From assembly GCA_973895155.1 (NCBI GenBank), contig OZ316893.1, positions 11,734,359 through 11,798,358 on the forward strand: DNA of 64,000 bases, written 5' to 3'. Below are positions 61,710 through 64,000 of this stretch, piece by piece. The notes beneath the pieces were generated by a model. It was given only the letters and a program-made list of their open reading frames with translations, was not told where the DNA came from and searched no databases. Numbering within the stretch: the stretch's first letter is position 1; each line of letters begins with the position of its first letter. This DNA is from Marsupella aquatica. Taxonomy: Eukaryota; Plantae; Marchantiophyta. The translations under genes were made by a program, and so were the position numbers.

Positions 61710-62839
61710 TGTCCGGGTGACCATGTTTTCTGGTAAGAGCATGTTGACTCAATGAAGTTAACCTTGCATGCCCATAAATTCTACACTAAAACCAAAATGA
61801 TAATTCTAGTAACAAGGGTAGTGGGTATTAAGAAAGGTTCAGGTAAACCTAATATACTGTTAAACCTACTTCACCATACTTGTAGACCAACACATCTTGA
61901 AAATTAGTTTTCTTACGATAAATGATCATAATATCTCTAAGAGAAAATGAAATAGGAATATCATCTTGACTCATATTCAGATCCATGACTTTAATAAAGG
62001 ACAAAGATAATGCACTTTCACTCCTCTCGGTAAAACACTACTGGATAAACTATTGGTTTGTTAGAACTTATAATAGCAGCTGCAAACTGAGCTCCAAAAT
62101 AATAGGTTAAAAATTTCCTCGTGGATGGCTTGTCTAAAATATAGACTCTAATAAAGAAATGGGTTAAAAAGGGTAAGATTAAGGATATCTCTCTCTCTTG
62201 GATTCATGGTGGTTTTCTTGTTCCTTTGCTATCCGGGCCAACGAACGCCCCACCTTTAAGTTTCCAAATAGACCTTATTCCCTAACGTCTCATCTAAAAG
62301 TCTACCACTCATTCTTTTGCTATCCGGGCCAAATGACGCCCCACTACTATGTTCAAGATACGAAAAGCTTCACAATCGTGAATGATGAAAACTGAGGATT
62401 GTTGGGAGAGTGTCTCTCTCCACTTTATTTATAGTGTTCACCAAGAGGGCATGGATCAAGCCCAAACACTTGTATGAAGGCCAAGTGGCAACATATAAGG
62501 TACATGAGTGTGCTAGTACTATAGCCAAAAGATAGTGGAGCAACTATACACTATACTATAGCTAGTGGAGTTATTGTAATCTATAGGTAGTGGAGCTATT
62601 GTAGTCCATACACTGTAGGTAATGGAGCTATTGTAGTCCGTATCGTACACTGTAGCTAGTGGAGCTACTATAGTCCGTACACTATAGGTAGTGGAGTTAC
62701 TATAGTCCGTACACTACAGCTAGTGGAGTTATTAAAGTCTAAATCTTATAATCTAACTACTAAACTACTTAACTTATATAATCTATAATCTATTAAAATA
62801 AACAAATTTCTATATATTAAAATAAAATCACCATCGACA
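61710..62839 (-). mobile_element. Solo LTR of the same family as the 27564-40115 LTR, inverted and uninterrupted
   Basis: Reverse complement is colinear with 27564-28506 plus 39901-40115, including the internal tandem repeats and the duplicated ggcccggatagcaaa motif. TSD not resolved. Confidence 0.85.
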
Positions 62840-63415
62840 AGCCCATGATCCTCCAATGTATGAATAGTTGACACAAAGAGATACATGATTAACCTCAACT
62901 GAGGCTATGTCCATGGGAATACACAAGAAATTTACTGCACTCTAGGCCCATCAGCCATATTGGGTCTCTACAATGCAAGATCTCCCTATCTCTCAAATAG
63001 CTCTATATCAATGAGCCTAAGTTTTTTCTATCCAAGCAAACATTGTTTGGGATATAGTGGGCAACCTAGTTAACTTAACCTAGTCTGCAACTAAGTTCAA
63101 CCCTAACTACGGTGAAATATAAGCCCTGTGAAATATAAGCCCTGGCCTTGACAGTAAGTGCATGGGTGAACGGAGAGAAAGAACTCATGGAAATAGGAGA
63201 ATGAATGTTTCCAATCTATGGCAGAGTCGACTGCCTGATTCAGTTTGGAGCAAGGAGAGAACTAAGCTAGGACTTAGAGAACTGAACTTGTTTGAAGGGA
63301 TCATGGCTTATTTGAAGGAAGTCTGGCTGGTGCTTCTGTTCAGACCAGCCCTCCATTCTCACAAAAATATCTCCCTTCCATGTGTTCCTCTCTCTACTGC
63401 CGGTTGACCTTGGTA

Positions 63416-63568
63416 GCATTCAATTCCTGAGTTCAAAGAGCAGCCATTCTAATTTCAGAAATATCTCTATGGACTTGATCCTGCATTCAATTCCTGAAGT
63501 CCAAAGAGCAGCCATTCTAATTTCAGAAATATATCTATGGACTTGATCCTGCATTCAATTCCTGAAGT
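63416..63568. repeat. 67-68-bp tandem duplication (about 2.3 copies)
   Basis: gcattcaattcctga starts at 63416, 63483 and 63551. Confidence 0.85.
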
Positions 63569-64000
63569 TAAGGGCCACAGCTCAGATTTCTTGTCAATCA
63601 CCCTAGCTGAGGAAATGGTCTTCTAGCTGTCCACGGTTGCCACCTCAAAGTTCCCCTATAGAAGGTGCAAGTTGATTCCGCCTGAAGAGCCCCCTTGTTA
63701 GCAGTCGATGACTTCTCCTTTCTGTAAAATATTCTCTCTGATTCAGAAATTTCAATCTTCTCTATTAATTTCCCTTCCAGTCTTTGCTTTCCCTTCGATC
63801 TCCTCCTTTAATTTGTGCTCCAGAATTTCCTCTTCTAGTTCAGGTCTTCTGATTCTCCTTGAGCCCAGCATTCCAGCCCAGTTCTTCTTACTTGATTTGG
63901 TGGAGTATTGGCTCTCCATTCAGCTGCAGCGTTGAGCTCCATTCTCCCTTCAATTTCACTTTGATTTTTGCTCTATTGAATTCTGGGCTCGACACCTGGC

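Noticed and set aside
63150-64000. Minus-strand charged coding relic at the window end
   Set aside because: It is fragmentary, with stops and no diagnostic motif, and is cut by the window edge.

Overview
This is TE-rich nuclear DNA from a plant; a bryophyte such as a liverwort is likely from the TE families, but that is inference. I can support one host gene, a six-exon chloroplast Tat translocase TatB/HCF106 (52990-55022). In order, the rest holds: the 3' half of a non-chromovirus Ty3/Gypsy element with a long extra ORF after pol; a complete young Ty1/Copia element (9088-15800; 332-bp LTRs with 2 mismatches; TSD AATAT); a broken minus-strand L1-type LINE abutting an intron-containing IS3EU-like transposase relic; a CACTA element with a CTG TSD inside a 158-bp tandem array; a decayed Gypsy element carrying nested insertions; a second LINE; MITEs; and a solo LTR. 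The highlight is an 11.4-kb cut-and-paste transposon at 28507-39896, with 29-bp perfect TIRs and a 4-bp GATC TSD; an empty site in a second LTR copy in this window supports the boundaries. It encodes a spliced Sola2-type DDD transposase. Facing it on the minus strand are spliced cargo genes for a coiled-coil/RING-H2 protein and an RPA70C-like zinc-ribbon OB-fold protein, with arrays of AAGGAC/GTCCT motifs between genes. A 369-bp MITE with related TIRs sits just upstream of the second catalytic Asp codon. All family assignments come from reading motifs by eye; no database search was run.
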